Below the pieces are notes generated by a model. That model ran no database searches. It saw nothing but the letters and a program-made list of their open reading frames with translations, and was not told the origin of the DNA. This document shows, piece after piece, positions 26,581-37,339 of a DNA stretch of 64,000 bases. The DNA is taken from the NCBI GenBank assembly GCA_963665095.1, contig OY762069.1, positions 3,520,001 to 3,584,000 of the forward strand, given 5' to 3'. This DNA is from an uncultured Desulfobacter sp. (GTDB lineage Bacteria > Desulfobacterota > Desulfobacteria > Desulfobacterales > Desulfobacteraceae). The stretch's first letter is position 1. Every line of letters starts with the position of its first letter. The translations under genes and the position numbers were made by a program.

Positions 26581-27260
26581 AAGCCGCGGCAAGGCAGATG
26601 CCTTTGAACAGCGGATGGTGGCCGTGGGCCTGTGCCCTGGTGGGCACCCTGGCCTTAAATCTGCTGCTTTTTGCCGCCATTCCCAACCTGATGAAACCCC
26701 ATGAGGAGCTGCCCCAGCTGGGCCCCATGATCCAGCAGATCCAGCTCACCCGGCTGCGCCGGGCAAAAGTTGAACCGGAAAAGAAAAAAGAGCCGCCCCC
26801 GGCAAAGGCCCAGCCCAAAAAGCAGGTGGTTCAGCCCAAAATGAACCGGCAGATCAGCCGGCCCTTGTCCCTGCCCTTTGAGGTAAATCCCCGCCTGCCC
26901 CAGGGAGACACAACCCTGGCCCTGCCGGAGGTGATGTCCAGCTCCCTGGACAACCTCTCCCTTGCCACGGTGTTTAACCCGGGCGATCTGGACCGTCCTC
27001 TGACGGTAATCTCCCGGATTCCACCGGTCTACCCCTTCCGGGCCAAGGCCCGGGCCATTGAAGGATGGGTCTCTGTGGAGTTCACAGTAAATGAACAGGG
27101 CCGGGTGGAGGACATTAAAATTCTTGATGCCGAACCCAAAGAGATTTTTAACGACAGCGTGATCCAGTGTCTTGCCACCTGGCGCTTCAACCCCGGGCGC
27201 ATTAACGGGGAAGTGGTTAAGACCCGGGCCATGACACGAATCCGTTTCCAATTAAATTGA
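26577..27260 (+). CDS. tonB: Energy transducer TonB
   Basis: N-terminal TM helix, Pro/Lys-rich linker, PVYPFRA..IEGWV.VEF.V...G.V, WRFNP. Confidence 0.9.
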   Translation: MKAAARQMPLNSGWWPWACALVGTLALNLLLFAAIPNLMKPHEELPQLGPMIQQIQLTRLRRAKVEPEKKKEPPPAKAQPKKQVVQPKMNRQISRPLSLPFEVNPRLPQGDTTLALPEVMSSSLDNLSLATVFNPGDLDRPLTVISRIPPVYPFRAKARAIEGWVSVEFTVNEQGRVEDIKILDAEPKEIFNDSVIQCLATWRFNPGRINGEVVKTRAMTRIRFQLN

Positions 27261-27268
27261 GGTGTTTC

Positions 27269-28600
27269 ATGAATACGCATATAAAAATCCTGCTCGTCGC
27301 TCTGGCCGTTGCCCTGGGGACCATCTCCCCCATGAAAATGGCCCGGGCTGGGGATGACCGGAAGATTCCCGTATCTGTCCAGCGTCTGCTCATTGATATC
27401 AGAAACGCTATGGACAAAAAAGAGTATGCCGCTGCGATAACGCTCATCCAGGCGGACCAGGCAAAATCTAAAAGCAGTGCTCCCTGCAGCCACCCCATTG
27501 TCTGTCTGGCCCTGGGCAACTGCTGCCTGATCCAAAAGGATCTGGACCGGGCGGAAGCGGCCTATCTCACCGCCCTGGAACTGGACAGCAATTATCTGGA
27601 GGCCCAGGTCAATCTGGCCAAAGTTTATACAGACAGCAACCGGCATGAACCGGCGGCACAAGCCTTTCTTGCCGCTTACAAACTGTCGGATCCCAAAATC
27701 CCCGACTACCTGTACTACGCCTGTGTCATGGCGCTCTCCTGCGGAAAGACCCAAACAGCCATCAGCCGGTTTGAAACCCTTTTTTCCGCCCATCCGGACT
27801 GTGTTACCCGGCAGTGGCGGGAAAACTATGCCGGCGCCCTTGTGACTGCCCAGCAGTGGAAAAAGGCGGTTCCTGTAGTCCGGGCACTGGCGGATGAGAC
27901 CACCGGAGAAACAAAAATCAGGTGGCAGGAGACCCTGCTGCAAATCTACCTGACCCTTAATGACACAGACAAGGCCCTGGCTCTGGCCACAACCCTGTCC
28001 AGGCAGAACCCGGCCGAAGCCCGGTGGTGGAAGGGGCTGGTCCACATCCGTCTGAACCGGGGTGAGTATACCCAGGCCCTGGAGGATCTGATTATCTACG
28101 GATTTCTATCTCCTTTGACCCAACAGGAAAAAAAGCTGTTTGCAGATTTGAGCCTGCAGCTGAACCTGCCGGCCCGGGCCGCCCGCATGTATGAAACCAT
28201 GCTGGGGGAAACCAATGAAACAGGAGAATCCGTGAACCGGAAAAAGCAGATGGTGGACCGGCTGGTCACTGCCTACCGGCAGATGGGCCAGGGAGACAAG
28301 GCACTGGCCATGCTCAACCGGTTTGACCCCGGGGCCTGCAATCCCGAACTGCTGCTGCTGAAAGGGGATATATTGTACGAAACCAAAAATTATAAGGCAG
28401 CTGACGAGGCATTCAGGGCAGCTGCCAAAAACAACTGTTCTAAAAAGGGACAGGCCTGGCTCATGGCCGGGTATGCGGCCTGGCAGTACAACGATATTGT
28501 TGCCAGCCGTGATGCGTTTGAACAGGCTGCGCAATTTAAGCGGCAGCGTAAAGATGCGCTGGCTGCCATTGCGCAGCTGAAAAGAAACACCCAAATGTAG
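27269..28600 (+). CDS. Exported tetratricopeptide-repeat protein (TtpD-like)
   Basis: Signal peptide, repeated TPR-like helices, AWLMAG near the C-terminus; follows tonB. Confidence 0.8.
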   Translation: MNTHIKILLVALAVALGTISPMKMARAGDDRKIPVSVQRLLIDIRNAMDKKEYAAAITLIQADQAKSKSSAPCSHPIVCLALGNCCLIQKDLDRAEAAYLTALELDSNYLEAQVNLAKVYTDSNRHEPAAQAFLAAYKLSDPKIPDYLYYACVMALSCGKTQTAISRFETLFSAHPDCVTRQWRENYAGALVTAQQWKKAVPVVRALADETTGETKIRWQETLLQIYLTLNDTDKALALATTLSRQNPAEARWWKGLVHIRLNRGEYTQALEDLIIYGFLSPLTQQEKKLFADLSLQLNLPARAARMYETMLGETNETGESVNRKKQMVDRLVTAYRQMGQGDKALAMLNRFDPGACNPELLLLKGDILYETKNYKAADEAFRAAAKNNCSKKGQAWLMAGYAAWQYNDIVASRDAFEQAAQFKRQRKDALAAIAQLKRNTQM

Positions 28601-28726
28601 TGTTTGGGTGGATACTTACCCATCTGCGGCGTTGCTGCACAAATCTGAAAGCCTCACGTACTTAAGTACGCTTAAGGTTTCAGCTTTGCTTGCGCCTTGC
28701 ATATGGGCAAGTCTCCACCCAAACAC
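28598..28726 (+). repeat. ~130-bp palindromic intergenic repeat (MITE/ERIC-like), copy B
   Basis: Terminal inverted repeats GTGTTTGGGTGGA/TCCACCCAAACAC, central CGTACT-TA-AGTACG; homologous to 14835-14993. Confidence 0.85.
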
Positions 28727-28900
28727 AGAGCATGCCTGGATATTTGGTTAAATAGATTTTTCCTATTTTCAGGTGGAAAGCCGTATATCCGGGAGGATGT
28801 TGGGTAAATCGAATTATTAAACCTGCTGCCTGATAGCGGTAGCGATGCCCGGCGGTAGGCCGGAAAAACTAAGAAAAGAGAAAAAGGAAGGAGAATTTAG

Positions 28901-31054
28901 ATGAAGCACTTGCTGAGAGGCTGCACTTTTGCAGCGACCCTGATGTTGTTCCTTTTTTGTATGAGCCCTTTGCAGGCGGATGAAAAAAAGGCCGATACAG
29001 ACGAGAATAATGGAAAAGTTCAGAAAATTGAAGAGATGGTGGTGGAAGACGAGGCCCGGGCTCCCGGCATTAAAACCACCCCGACACAAACCATCATTGA
29101 AATTGAAGACTCCACTTTTATCGGTGATCCCATCAATGTCCTGGACACGATCAAAACCAATGCCATGGTGGATTTCAGGGGCGCGTCAGACCTGGATCCC
29201 GGTGTGGACAGCGTCTACCTGAACGGGTTTGGTTCCACACGGTTTGTCACAGCCATGGACGGGGTTGCCATCCAGAAAACCGGCGGCCGGAAATCAACCA
29301 ACGTTGTGGACTGGGCCCAGCTGCCCTCTTTTATGCTGGAGTCTGTTGAAATTCTTCCCGGCCCGCATTCCGCCCTGTACGATGCCAAAAGTATAGGCGG
29401 TGTGATTAACATGCGGACCAAGGCGCCGGAAGAGAAACAGACAGAAGTACCGGAACTCACCTACACCACCGGATACCGTTCATATAACACCTTTACCAAT
29501 ACGGCTGTCATTCAGGGCGGATCCCAGAAATTCACCTACGACATTGCCTACCAGAATTATATGACAGACGGATATCTGCGCAACAATGAGACTGAGACCA
29601 ATACCGGGTATGGACGCATAGGCCTGATTCTGCCCGGGGACGGGTATGTCACATTTTCCGTATCTGTGTCAAACATTGACAGAAATTCTCCAGTGAACAA
29701 TCCCGGATCCACAAAGACCGGCGGAAACGACTATGACTCCGACTATCCCACGGTAACGGACAGCACCTGGGATGCCTGGCAGGAACCCACATGGAACAGT
29801 GATGCCACAACCCACCGTCTCAACTATGCCCAGACCATAGGAATCAACCGGATCACCTTTGGGGCCTATACCGGCCATGAAACCCGGGACCGGGCCTATT
29901 GGAGCCTGGTGGACAGTTCTGATCCGTCCCAGGGTATTACCCGGACCACCATGGAAACAGACTGGTGGCAGCGGGGCGGCAAACTTATGGACGAAATCAA
30001 GTGGTCCGCTGGAGAAACAACTATCGGGGCTGATTTCACCCAGCTGTTTGACGAAGGCGTGGATGATACCAAAACCGAAAGAATCCGTAAAAGAGGCGCC
30101 TTTGTACAACACAAGCTGGACATTATTCCCCATATTGATATGACCCTGGGGCTGCGGTACGAAGATGTCACCAACCGGACCAGTAACTATTCCAACGGCA
30201 ATTACCACAATTCATATTACGACAAGTATGTGGAACGTAATTTTGACGAAATTATCCCCAAATCACTGACCACCTGGCACATGGAGCATTTAGGCTCCCT
30301 CTTCCGGGATACCAGTCTTTCTGCCGGTATCAGCAAAATCTGGCATGCGCCGGATTATCACGGTGACTACAATCCCCAGGGCCGGCCCGCCGGTATCACC
30401 CTGGAGCCGGAACATGGCGTGGGGTATGACCTGATCCTGAACCGCCGCCTGTGGGGCAACATCAATCTGAAAGCAGGCTATGCATTTTATGATATCAAAG
30501 ACTACATCGCCACCAACAGCAGTTATGCCCAGTATTCGGGTGGCAGCACCGGAGCTCTGAGATACAGTGATTATAAAGTCAACCTGGAAGAGGTCTACCG
30601 CCACGGCACCACTCTGGAACTGGCCGGCAACATGACCACGGATCTTTCCTTTTACCTGAGCTGGGCCTGGCAGAAGTTCGAAAACCAGGGGGATGAACCT
30701 GCCGGTGAGACTGAACTGGACCAGCGGGCAGAGAATCAGATCGGGGCGGGCCTGCGCTATGCCATCAACGAGAAACTCAGCCTGATGCTGGATTACACCT
30801 ACCAGAGTGATGAGACCACCGAGGTCTCCGAAGAGATTGCCGACGATGTCTGGGAATTCCATGAGGTTGAAATACCCGCCCACCACGTGGTGGACTTTGG
30901 TGTTCAGTACAAATGCTTTGAAAAAGCCTGGTATCTGAAAGACGGTACACTGAATGTATATGTAAAAAACCTGCTGGATGAAGACTACTATGACGCTTCC
31001 GGATACCCGGCCACAGACCGGACCTACGGATTTACCTTCAGTGTAAGAATTTAA
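28901..31054 (+). CDS. TonB-dependent outer-membrane receptor
   Basis: Signal peptide, TonB box EEMVV, plug motif VEILPGPHSALY...GGVIN, barrel C-terminus NLLDEDYY...RTYGFTFSVRI. Confidence 0.93.
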   Translation: MKHLLRGCTFAATLMLFLFCMSPLQADEKKADTDENNGKVQKIEEMVVEDEARAPGIKTTPTQTIIEIEDSTFIGDPINVLDTIKTNAMVDFRGASDLDPGVDSVYLNGFGSTRFVTAMDGVAIQKTGGRKSTNVVDWAQLPSFMLESVEILPGPHSALYDAKSIGGVINMRTKAPEEKQTEVPELTYTTGYRSYNTFTNTAVIQGGSQKFTYDIAYQNYMTDGYLRNNETETNTGYGRIGLILPGDGYVTFSVSVSNIDRNSPVNNPGSTKTGGNDYDSDYPTVTDSTWDAWQEPTWNSDATTHRLNYAQTIGINRITFGAYTGHETRDRAYWSLVDSSDPSQGITRTTMETDWWQRGGKLMDEIKWSAGETTIGADFTQLFDEGVDDTKTERIRKRGAFVQHKLDIIPHIDMTLGLRYEDVTNRTSNYSNGNYHNSYYDKYVERNFDEIIPKSLTTWHMEHLGSLFRDTSLSAGISKIWHAPDYHGDYNPQGRPAGITLEPEHGVGYDLILNRRLWGNINLKAGYAFYDIKDYIATNSSYAQYSGGSTGALRYSDYKVNLEEVYRHGTTLELAGNMTTDLSFYLSWAWQKFENQGDEPAGETELDQRAENQIGAGLRYAINEKLSLMLDYTYQSDETTEVSEEIADDVWEFHEVEIPAHHVVDFGVQYKCFEKAWYLKDGTLNVYVKNLLDEDYYDASGYPATDRTYGFTFSVRI

Positions 31055-31070
31055 CTATAGGATATTTTTT

Positions 31071-31985
31071 ATGGAAACGCATACAGCTTCCCCGACCTTC
31101 TGGGAAGACCAGTGGCTGGATATCATTGAACACACCCGGGCGGAACATCCCCACAAGCATGATCCGGCCGGGAAACCCGCCATGGAGAGATGGGACAACA
31201 TGGCCCGGGATTTTGCCCAGAGAACCAGCGGTGAAAAAGCAGCAGCCCGTCGGGATGTCACCCTGAAGCAACTGGTGGACAAAGGGATACTGACCCCTGA
31301 GACCCGAATCCTGGACATTGGGGCAGGCCCGGGTTCCTGGGCCCTGCCCCTGGCCGGCATCTGTGCCCATGTCACGGCCCTTGAACCCTCCGGCGGCATG
31401 ATCGAGATCATGTCCCAGCGGATTGAGAAGGAAAAGGCCGACAACATCACCATTATCCAGAAAACCTGGCAGGAGACGGATCTTTCCGAACAGGGGTGGG
31501 AAAAGGCATTTGACCTGGTCTTTGCCTCCATGACCCCCGGCATTGACGGTCCCGAAGCCATCAGGAAACTGATGGCCGCCTCCTGTCATCACTGCTATAT
31601 GAGCGCATTTTCCGGTCCCGGCATGAATCAGCAGTTTGCACCGCTGTGGGAAAAATTCTTTGACCGGCCCATGCCGCAACGGCACATGGATATTATCTAT
31701 CCGTTCAACCTGGTTTACGCCATGGGGTATCGCCCGGATATCACCTTTTCCTGGTGGAACAAAGAGATCAACTGGGACAGGGATCATACCATCCGCCACA
31801 TCACCCGGTTTTTCCAGCCGCACATGGAGATCACTGAAGCGGCAGAAAAAATCATTGCCGACTATGTGGACACCCGGTGTATTGACGGAGAATATGTGCC
31901 GGCGGCTCCGGTCTGCAGAGGCGCCATGACCTGGTCCATCCTTGAAGACCGCAGGACCATACAGGGAGGCGGGAATGGCATATAG
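31071..31985 (+). CDS. Class I SAM-dependent methyltransferase
   Basis: ILDIGAGPG, ALEPS, FDLVFASMTPGI. Confidence 0.88.
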   Translation: METHTASPTFWEDQWLDIIEHTRAEHPHKHDPAGKPAMERWDNMARDFAQRTSGEKAAARRDVTLKQLVDKGILTPETRILDIGAGPGSWALPLAGICAHVTALEPSGGMIEIMSQRIEKEKADNITIIQKTWQETDLSEQGWEKAFDLVFASMTPGIDGPEAIRKLMAASCHHCYMSAFSGPGMNQQFAPLWEKFFDRPMPQRHMDIIYPFNLVYAMGYRPDITFSWWNKEINWDRDHTIRHITRFFQPHMEITEAAEKIIADYVDTRCIDGEYVPAAPVCRGAMTWSILEDRRTIQGGGNGI

Positions 31986-33627
31986 TCAAACCACATTTAG
32001 ACTGATGACGGGCAGCTTGCCGGCATTCAAACGGATGGTGCTGAAACCGCTCCTTTGTTTGTCCGTTCTGGCATGCTGCCTGTTTTTTATGGCCCCGGCG
32101 CTCACTGCCGGAACGCAGAACGGCTCCCGGGCCGCCCAGGTGGAGGTCCTCCGCCTGGGCGGCGGGGACTGGGGATACCCCACCCCCTACGCCCATTATC
32201 CCAGGGGCCCCGGGGGATTTAAAATGTGTCTGATCTTCGACAGTCTGCTGGAGCGCGGCGACAAGGGGCTTATTCCCTGGCTGGCCACATCCTGGCAGGT
32301 TGAAGACCAGGGAAAGGCCTACATTTTCACCATCCGCCAGGGGGTCAAGTGGCATGACGGAAAACCCATGACCCCTGAAGATGTGGCCTTTTCCCTGGAT
32401 TATGCCACCCGGTTTCCCATGACCTGGTCCTATGTGTTTGACCGCATCGAACAGGTGGAAATCCTTGACGGCAACCGGATCAAAGTGAGCCTGAAAGAGC
32501 CCACTGCATCCATGCTCTCCTGCCTGGGAACCACCCGGATCCTTCCCAAACATATCTGGGAAAAGGTGGACAAGCCCAAAACCTTTACCCCGCCTGAGGC
32601 GGTGATCGGTACCGGCCCCTTCCGGCTCACCAGCTACAGCCGGGAGCACGGCACCTACCAGTTTGAGGCATTTGAAGAGTTCTGGGGACCGGCCGTCCGG
32701 GTCAAACGCCTGGAGTTCATCCCGGTGAGCGAGCCCATTCTGGCCTACCAGAAGCACGAGATTGACATGATCCGCGTCTCACCGGATCTTTTGCCCAGGT
32801 TCCAGAACAAGCCTGAACATAAGATCCTTCAAAGCCCGGGTTTCTGGGGCTACCGGCTGCTGTTCAACCGGAACTATGACGGACCCGCCCAGAAGGTCCA
32901 GGTCCGCCAGGCCTTTGCCTATGCCATTGACCTTGACGAACTGGTTGCCAAGGTGGCCAGGGGAGCGGCCCTGCCCGGAAAGGCCGGGATTCTGCCGCCG
33001 GATCATGTCATGGCCGCGCAAAACGTGAGATCCTATGATTTCAGCACAGAGAAAGCGGCCGAACTTCTGGACCAGGCCGGGTTCACCCTCACCTCCGGGA
33101 GTGTCCGCAAAGGACCGGACGGCAAGCCTCTGGCCTTTGAACTGTTATGCGGCAGCGGTGAGGTCCGGATGGCTGAAATCTTAAAGCAGCGGCTGGCAGC
33201 CGTGGGTGTGGATATCCACATCAAGGCCTGCAACGGAAAAACCCGTGACAGCCAGGTCAGAGAACAAAAATACGATCTGGCCATCATCGGCCACGGCGGC
33301 TGGGGAAATGATCCGGATTACCTGATCGCCCATTGCACCGGTGATATTAAAAAATCCAGCTCGCCATCAGCTTCCGGCGGTTCAGGATTGGCGTCTCCTG
33401 AATTGACGCAACTGCTGGAACAGCAGCGTTCGGAAACCGATCCTGGAAAACGGCGGGAACTGGTGATAAAAATCCAGCAGATGGCGGCAGAAGAAGTGCC
33501 TGAGATCCCGTTGTTTTATACCACAGGATACTCGGTGTTCCGGCCGGCCAAATATGACGGTTGGATGTTTATGTATGACCACCACAGTCTGGAGCATGGC
33601 AAACTGTCTTATCTCGACTGGAAATGA
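31975..33627 (+). CDS. ABC transporter substrate-binding protein, family 5 (nickel/peptide)
   Basis: IFDSLLE, PWLATSW, VKWHDGKPMTPEDVAFS, IGTGPF, VRQAFAYAID; RBS GGAGG. Confidence 0.9.
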   Translation: MAYSQTTFRLMTGSLPAFKRMVLKPLLCLSVLACCLFFMAPALTAGTQNGSRAAQVEVLRLGGGDWGYPTPYAHYPRGPGGFKMCLIFDSLLERGDKGLIPWLATSWQVEDQGKAYIFTIRQGVKWHDGKPMTPEDVAFSLDYATRFPMTWSYVFDRIEQVEILDGNRIKVSLKEPTASMLSCLGTTRILPKHIWEKVDKPKTFTPPEAVIGTGPFRLTSYSREHGTYQFEAFEEFWGPAVRVKRLEFIPVSEPILAYQKHEIDMIRVSPDLLPRFQNKPEHKILQSPGFWGYRLLFNRNYDGPAQKVQVRQAFAYAIDLDELVAKVARGAALPGKAGILPPDHVMAAQNVRSYDFSTEKAAELLDQAGFTLTSGSVRKGPDGKPLAFELLCGSGEVRMAEILKQRLAAVGVDIHIKACNGKTRDSQVREQKYDLAIIGHGGWGNDPDYLIAHCTGDIKKSSSPSASGGSGLASPELTQLLEQQRSETDPGKRRELVIKIQQMAAEEVPEIPLFYTTGYSVFRPAKYDGWMFMYDHHSLEHGKLSYLDWK

Positions 33628-33664
33628 TGTGTTTGATAGAGAGTATAAAAAAAAGGACCTATAT

Positions 33665-34696
33665 TTGAAAGGGAACAAAATATCCGGGAGTACATCCGGA
33701 AGAGTGGTTTCTTACCTGGTGACGGTGTGGGTGATAATTACCCTGAATTTCCTGTTGCCGCGGATGATGCCCGGGGATCCTTTTGTTCATGTATCAGGGG
33801 ATGAAGGGGAAGATCTGCCGGAGTTTACCGAAGCCCAGAAGGCCTACTACATGGAACAATACGGGTTTGACGATCCCCTGCCTGTCCAGTATGCCAGGTA
33901 TATCGTCCGGCTTGCCCACGGGGACCTTGGTGAATCCGTCTATTACAACACGTCTGTGGCAGGCATTCTGGCACGGCGCCTTCCCTGGACCTTAGGGCTT
34001 GTGACGGCGGCTGTGGCCCTGTCCACGGTGATCGGCACATTTTTAGGCGTGGTGTCCGCAGCCTTCCGCCACCAGTGGACTGACCGGCTTTTATTTATCG
34101 GGTTGATTCTTGTCTCGGAAATTCCGGCGTTTCTTCTGGGTCTGGTGATTCTCTTTGTTTTTGCCGCAGCCCTGGATCTGTTTCCGCTTTCCGGTGCCAT
34201 GTCCCATTTTACCGGCCGGATGACCGTCACGGAAAAGATCGTGGATATATCAAAACATGCGGCCCTGCCCGTGGCTACACTCACCCTGGCCCGCCTGGGC
34301 GGCATCTACCTTCTGGCCCGAAACAGCCTTGTCACCGTGCTGGAAAAGGATTTTATGGTCACGGCCAGGGCCAAGGGGCTGACAAGGGTCAGAATTTTCT
34401 GGCGGCATGCGCTTCGCAACGCCATGCTTCCCATTGTCACCCGGGTGTTCATGAGCTTGGGGGCGCTGGTGGGCGGCGCCATCCTGGTGGAAAACGTGTT
34501 CAACTATCCCGGACTTGGCAAGCTCATGCGGGAATCCGTCATGGTCCAGGACTACCCTTTGATCCAGGGGATTTTTCTTCTGGTCACCCTGGCGGTTCTG
34601 TCTGCCAATTTCATGGCAGACCTTGTCTACCGCCGGCTGGATCCCAGGGTAAATGAAAAGAAACCCGTGCAGGGCCAAAGGCTGGTAAAAGCATGA
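33665..34696 (+). CDS. ABC transporter permease (DppB/NikB-like); start uncertain
   Basis: LNFLLPRMMPGDP, GDLGES, TARAKG, HALRNA, ENVFNYPGLG, DYPLIQG. Confidence 0.88.
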   Translation: MKGNKISGSTSGRVVSYLVTVWVIITLNFLLPRMMPGDPFVHVSGDEGEDLPEFTEAQKAYYMEQYGFDDPLPVQYARYIVRLAHGDLGESVYYNTSVAGILARRLPWTLGLVTAAVALSTVIGTFLGVVSAAFRHQWTDRLLFIGLILVSEIPAFLLGLVILFVFAAALDLFPLSGAMSHFTGRMTVTEKIVDISKHAALPVATLTLARLGGIYLLARNSLVTVLEKDFMVTARAKGLTRVRIFWRHALRNAMLPIVTRVFMSLGALVGGAILVENVFNYPGLGKLMRESVMVQDYPLIQGIFLLVTLAVLSANFMADLVYRRLDPRVNEKKPVQGQRLVKA

Positions 34697-35547
34697 GCAT
34701 GGAAACAATGTTAAAGGTTTTTTCCAGGATGACACCTTCGGGAAAGGCCGGTGTGTTTATACTGGCTGCCATCACTTTCCTGGCCGTGGCAGCGCCCCTG
34801 GTCTGCCCCTACTCCCACAAACAGATATCAGGCCCTGCCCTGATCCCTCCGGGGAGTGAACACATCATGGGCACGGACGAGCTGGGCGTGGATCTGTGGG
34901 CACAGATCTGCCACGGCGCCAGAATCAGCCTGATTGTAGGACTTGGCACAGCACTTACCGCAGGAATAGGCGGCGGTATTGCAGGTATTGTGTCAGGATA
35001 TACGGGCGGGTTAACCGATATGATCCTCATGCGCATGGTGGATGTGCTGCTGGTACTGCCCGATCTGCCGGTAATGATTGTTCTGGCGGCTTTTTTCGGG
35101 CCGAGCCTGTTCTCCATTGTCCTGGTACTCTCCTGTTTTTCCTGGGTCCACACGGCGCGCATTGTCCGCTCCAGGGTACTGGCCCTGAAACAGCGGCAGT
35201 ACATCCGGGCCGCAGAGCTGAACGGCGCAGGTGCCGTTTATCTGATCCGCCGCCATTTTCTGCCGGAGGTGTTTCCGCTGGCCGCCGTGAGCATGATCCG
35301 GCTCACGGGCCGGGCCATCGTGGCTGAGGCCGGACTCTCTTTCTTAGGACTAGGGGATCCCACCTCACGGTCCTGGGGGCTGATCCTCCACCATGCCACC
35401 TCGTTTCCCGGGATCTATTACACCAAATTCTGGCAGTGGTGGCTGGTCTTCCCGTGGCTGGCACTGACTCTGATGGTGGTGAGTCTGGCCCTGGTCAGCC
35501 GGGACATGGAGAAAATCGCGGATCCCCGGCTGGGAAAAAGGAGCTGA
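34693..35547 (+). CDS. ABC transporter permease (DppC/NikC-like)
   Basis: HIMGTDELGVD, ARIVRS, EAGLSFLGLG, SWG. Confidence 0.9.
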   Translation: MSMETMLKVFSRMTPSGKAGVFILAAITFLAVAAPLVCPYSHKQISGPALIPPGSEHIMGTDELGVDLWAQICHGARISLIVGLGTALTAGIGGGIAGIVSGYTGGLTDMILMRMVDVLLVLPDLPVMIVLAAFFGPSLFSIVLVLSCFSWVHTARIVRSRVLALKQRQYIRAAELNGAGAVYLIRRHFLPEVFPLAAVSMIRLTGRAIVAEAGLSFLGLGDPTSRSWGLILHHATSFPGIYYTKFWQWWLVFPWLALTLMVVSLALVSRDMEKIADPRLGKRS

Positions 35548-35548
35548 T

Positions 35549-37339
35549 ATGAACACCGAGCCGCTTCTTGAAATAAAAGAATTACGCCTTGAATACAGGC
35601 AGAATGATATAGTAACACCGGTTCTGGACCGGATCAGCCTTTCCCTGGCCCCTGGGGAAACCCTTGGCCTGATTGGAGAGTCCGGATGCGGCAAGACCAC
35701 CCTGGCCATGGCTGTCATGGGCCTTGCCAAATCGGCCCGGGTTACAGGAGAGATCCGTTTCAACGGGACTGATCTGACCGGGCTTAAGGAAAAGGAATAT
35801 ACCCGGTTCCGGTGGAACCGCATTGCCCTGGTCTTCCAGAACAGCCAGGAGGTATTTAACCCGGTAATTACCATTGGGGAACAGGTGGCAGAAACCCTGA
35901 CCCGGCACCTGGGCCTTAGCAGGCATGAAGCCCGGCAAAAGACAGGCCAACTGTTTGAACTGACCGGCCTGGACCCGGTATGGCAACAGGCATACGTTCA
36001 CCAGCTTTCCGGGGGGATGCGCCAGCGGGTGCTTATCGCCATGGCCGTGGCCTGCAGTCCGGATCTGCTCATTGTAGACGAACCCTTTACAGCCCTGGAT
36101 GCAACCGCTGCATCTGCCATGGCCGATCTGCTTATCACGCTTCAGCAGCGCCTGGGGTTTGCCATGATTCTGATCTCCCACTCCATGCCCGCCATTGCCA
36201 GGATGACCGAACATGTTGTCACACTGTACGCCGGTCAGGTCATTGAAACCGGCCCCACCCGGGCGGTGCTGGCGGAACCCTGTCACCCCTACACCCGGGG
36301 GCTGATCAATGCCTGCCCTGAATTTTACGAGTACAAAGATCTCTGGGGCATTGCCGGGACCCCGCCGCCACCGGGCAGTGTCTCCGGCTGCCCCTTTTGT
36401 CCGCGCTGTGTCCAGCACGGACCCAACTGCAGCACCCGGCGGCCGGCCCTTGTGCCGGCAGGCGAAAACAGGCTTGTGGCCTGCCACAAAGGCGGTATTA
36501 CCACAGTGCTGGAAGCGTTAGGCCTTGAAAAGACCTTTGACCTGAACGGAACCGCTGTACGAGCAGTCAGGCAAGCGGATATCACTGTCCGATTTGGTGA
36601 GATCGTGGCCCTTGTGGGACCCTCAGGGTCTGGCAAATCCACCCTGGCCCATCTGCTGGTGGCCCTGGAGGCTCCTGACAAGGGCCGGGTACTCTTCCAG
36701 GGAAAGCCCATAACAGACCAAAGTGCCACCGCATGCATGGGCGGCATGCAGCTGGTGTTTCAGGACCCGGCCCAGGCGGTCAGCCCCAGGCTGACAGTGT
36801 TGGAGGCGGTCCGGGAACCCCTGGATATCATGGGGTGGAAAACCCGGCAGGAGAGGGATGAAAAAGCGCTTTCAACCCTGGCCCTGGTCCACCTCTCCAA
36901 AGATGCCGGTTTTGTGAACCAGCCCTGCCACGGCTTAAGCGGGGGCCAGCGCCAGCGCATCTGTGTGGCCCGGGCCCTGGTCACCGATCCCATGCTGCTC
37001 ATCGCCGATGAGATTACCGCCATGCTGGACCCGTCTGCCCAGGCCCACCTGCTGCGCATGCTTAAAGGCCTTCAGCATCAAAAAGGTTTCTCCATGCTCT
37101 TTATTTCCCATGATATTCACCTGACGCGAAAAATCGCCGACCGGGTCTATGTCCTCGACCAGGGAGCCATTGTGGCCAGCGGCGCCGGATACGAGGTGTT
37201 TGAATCAGACACCTCATCCGAAATTACGTATAAAACCGGGGATCGCCTATCTGATCCCGGATCATCACCTGAAAAAACAGGCCCCGGGATTCCCGGGGCA
37301 ATCACCCCACCATTTACAGAAAAGGAAACATTTGCATGA
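35549..37339 (+). CDS. ABC transporter ATP-binding protein with two fused ATPase domains (DppD-DppF-like)
   Basis: [23 protein letters not shown] and CPFCPRC..C...ACH, second [19 protein letters not shown]. Confidence 0.92.
   Translation: MNTEPLLEIKELRLEYRQNDIVTPVLDRISLSLAPGETLGLIGESGCGKTTLAMAVMGLAKSARVTGEIRFNGTDLTGLKEKEYTRFRWNRIALVFQNSQEVFNPVITIGEQVAETLTRHLGLSRHEARQKTGQLFELTGLDPVWQQAYVHQLSGGMRQRVLIAMAVACSPDLLIVDEPFTALDATAASAMADLLITLQQRLGFAMILISHSMPAIARMTEHVVTLYAGQVIETGPTRAVLAEPCHPYTRGLINACPEFYEYKDLWGIAGTPPPPGSVSGCPFCPRCVQHGPNCSTRRPALVPAGENRLVACHKGGITTVLEALGLEKTFDLNGTAVRAVRQADITVRFGEIVALVGPSGSGKSTLAHLLVALEAPDKGRVLFQGKPITDQSATACMGGMQLVFQDPAQAVSPRLTVLEAVREPLDIMGWKTRQERDEKALSTLALVHLSKDAGFVNQPCHGLSGGQRQRICVARALVTDPMLLIADEITAMLDPSAQAHLLRMLKGLQHQKGFSMLFISHDIHLTRKIADRVYVLDQGAIVASGAGYEVFESDTSSEITYKTGDRLSDPGSSPEKTGPGIPGAITPPFTEKETFA

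Noticed and set aside
27029..37059. Long minus-strand ORFs (27029-28045, 31852-32757, 35582-36487 and similar)
   Set aside because: Antisense shadows of well-supported genes in GC3-rich coding DNA.
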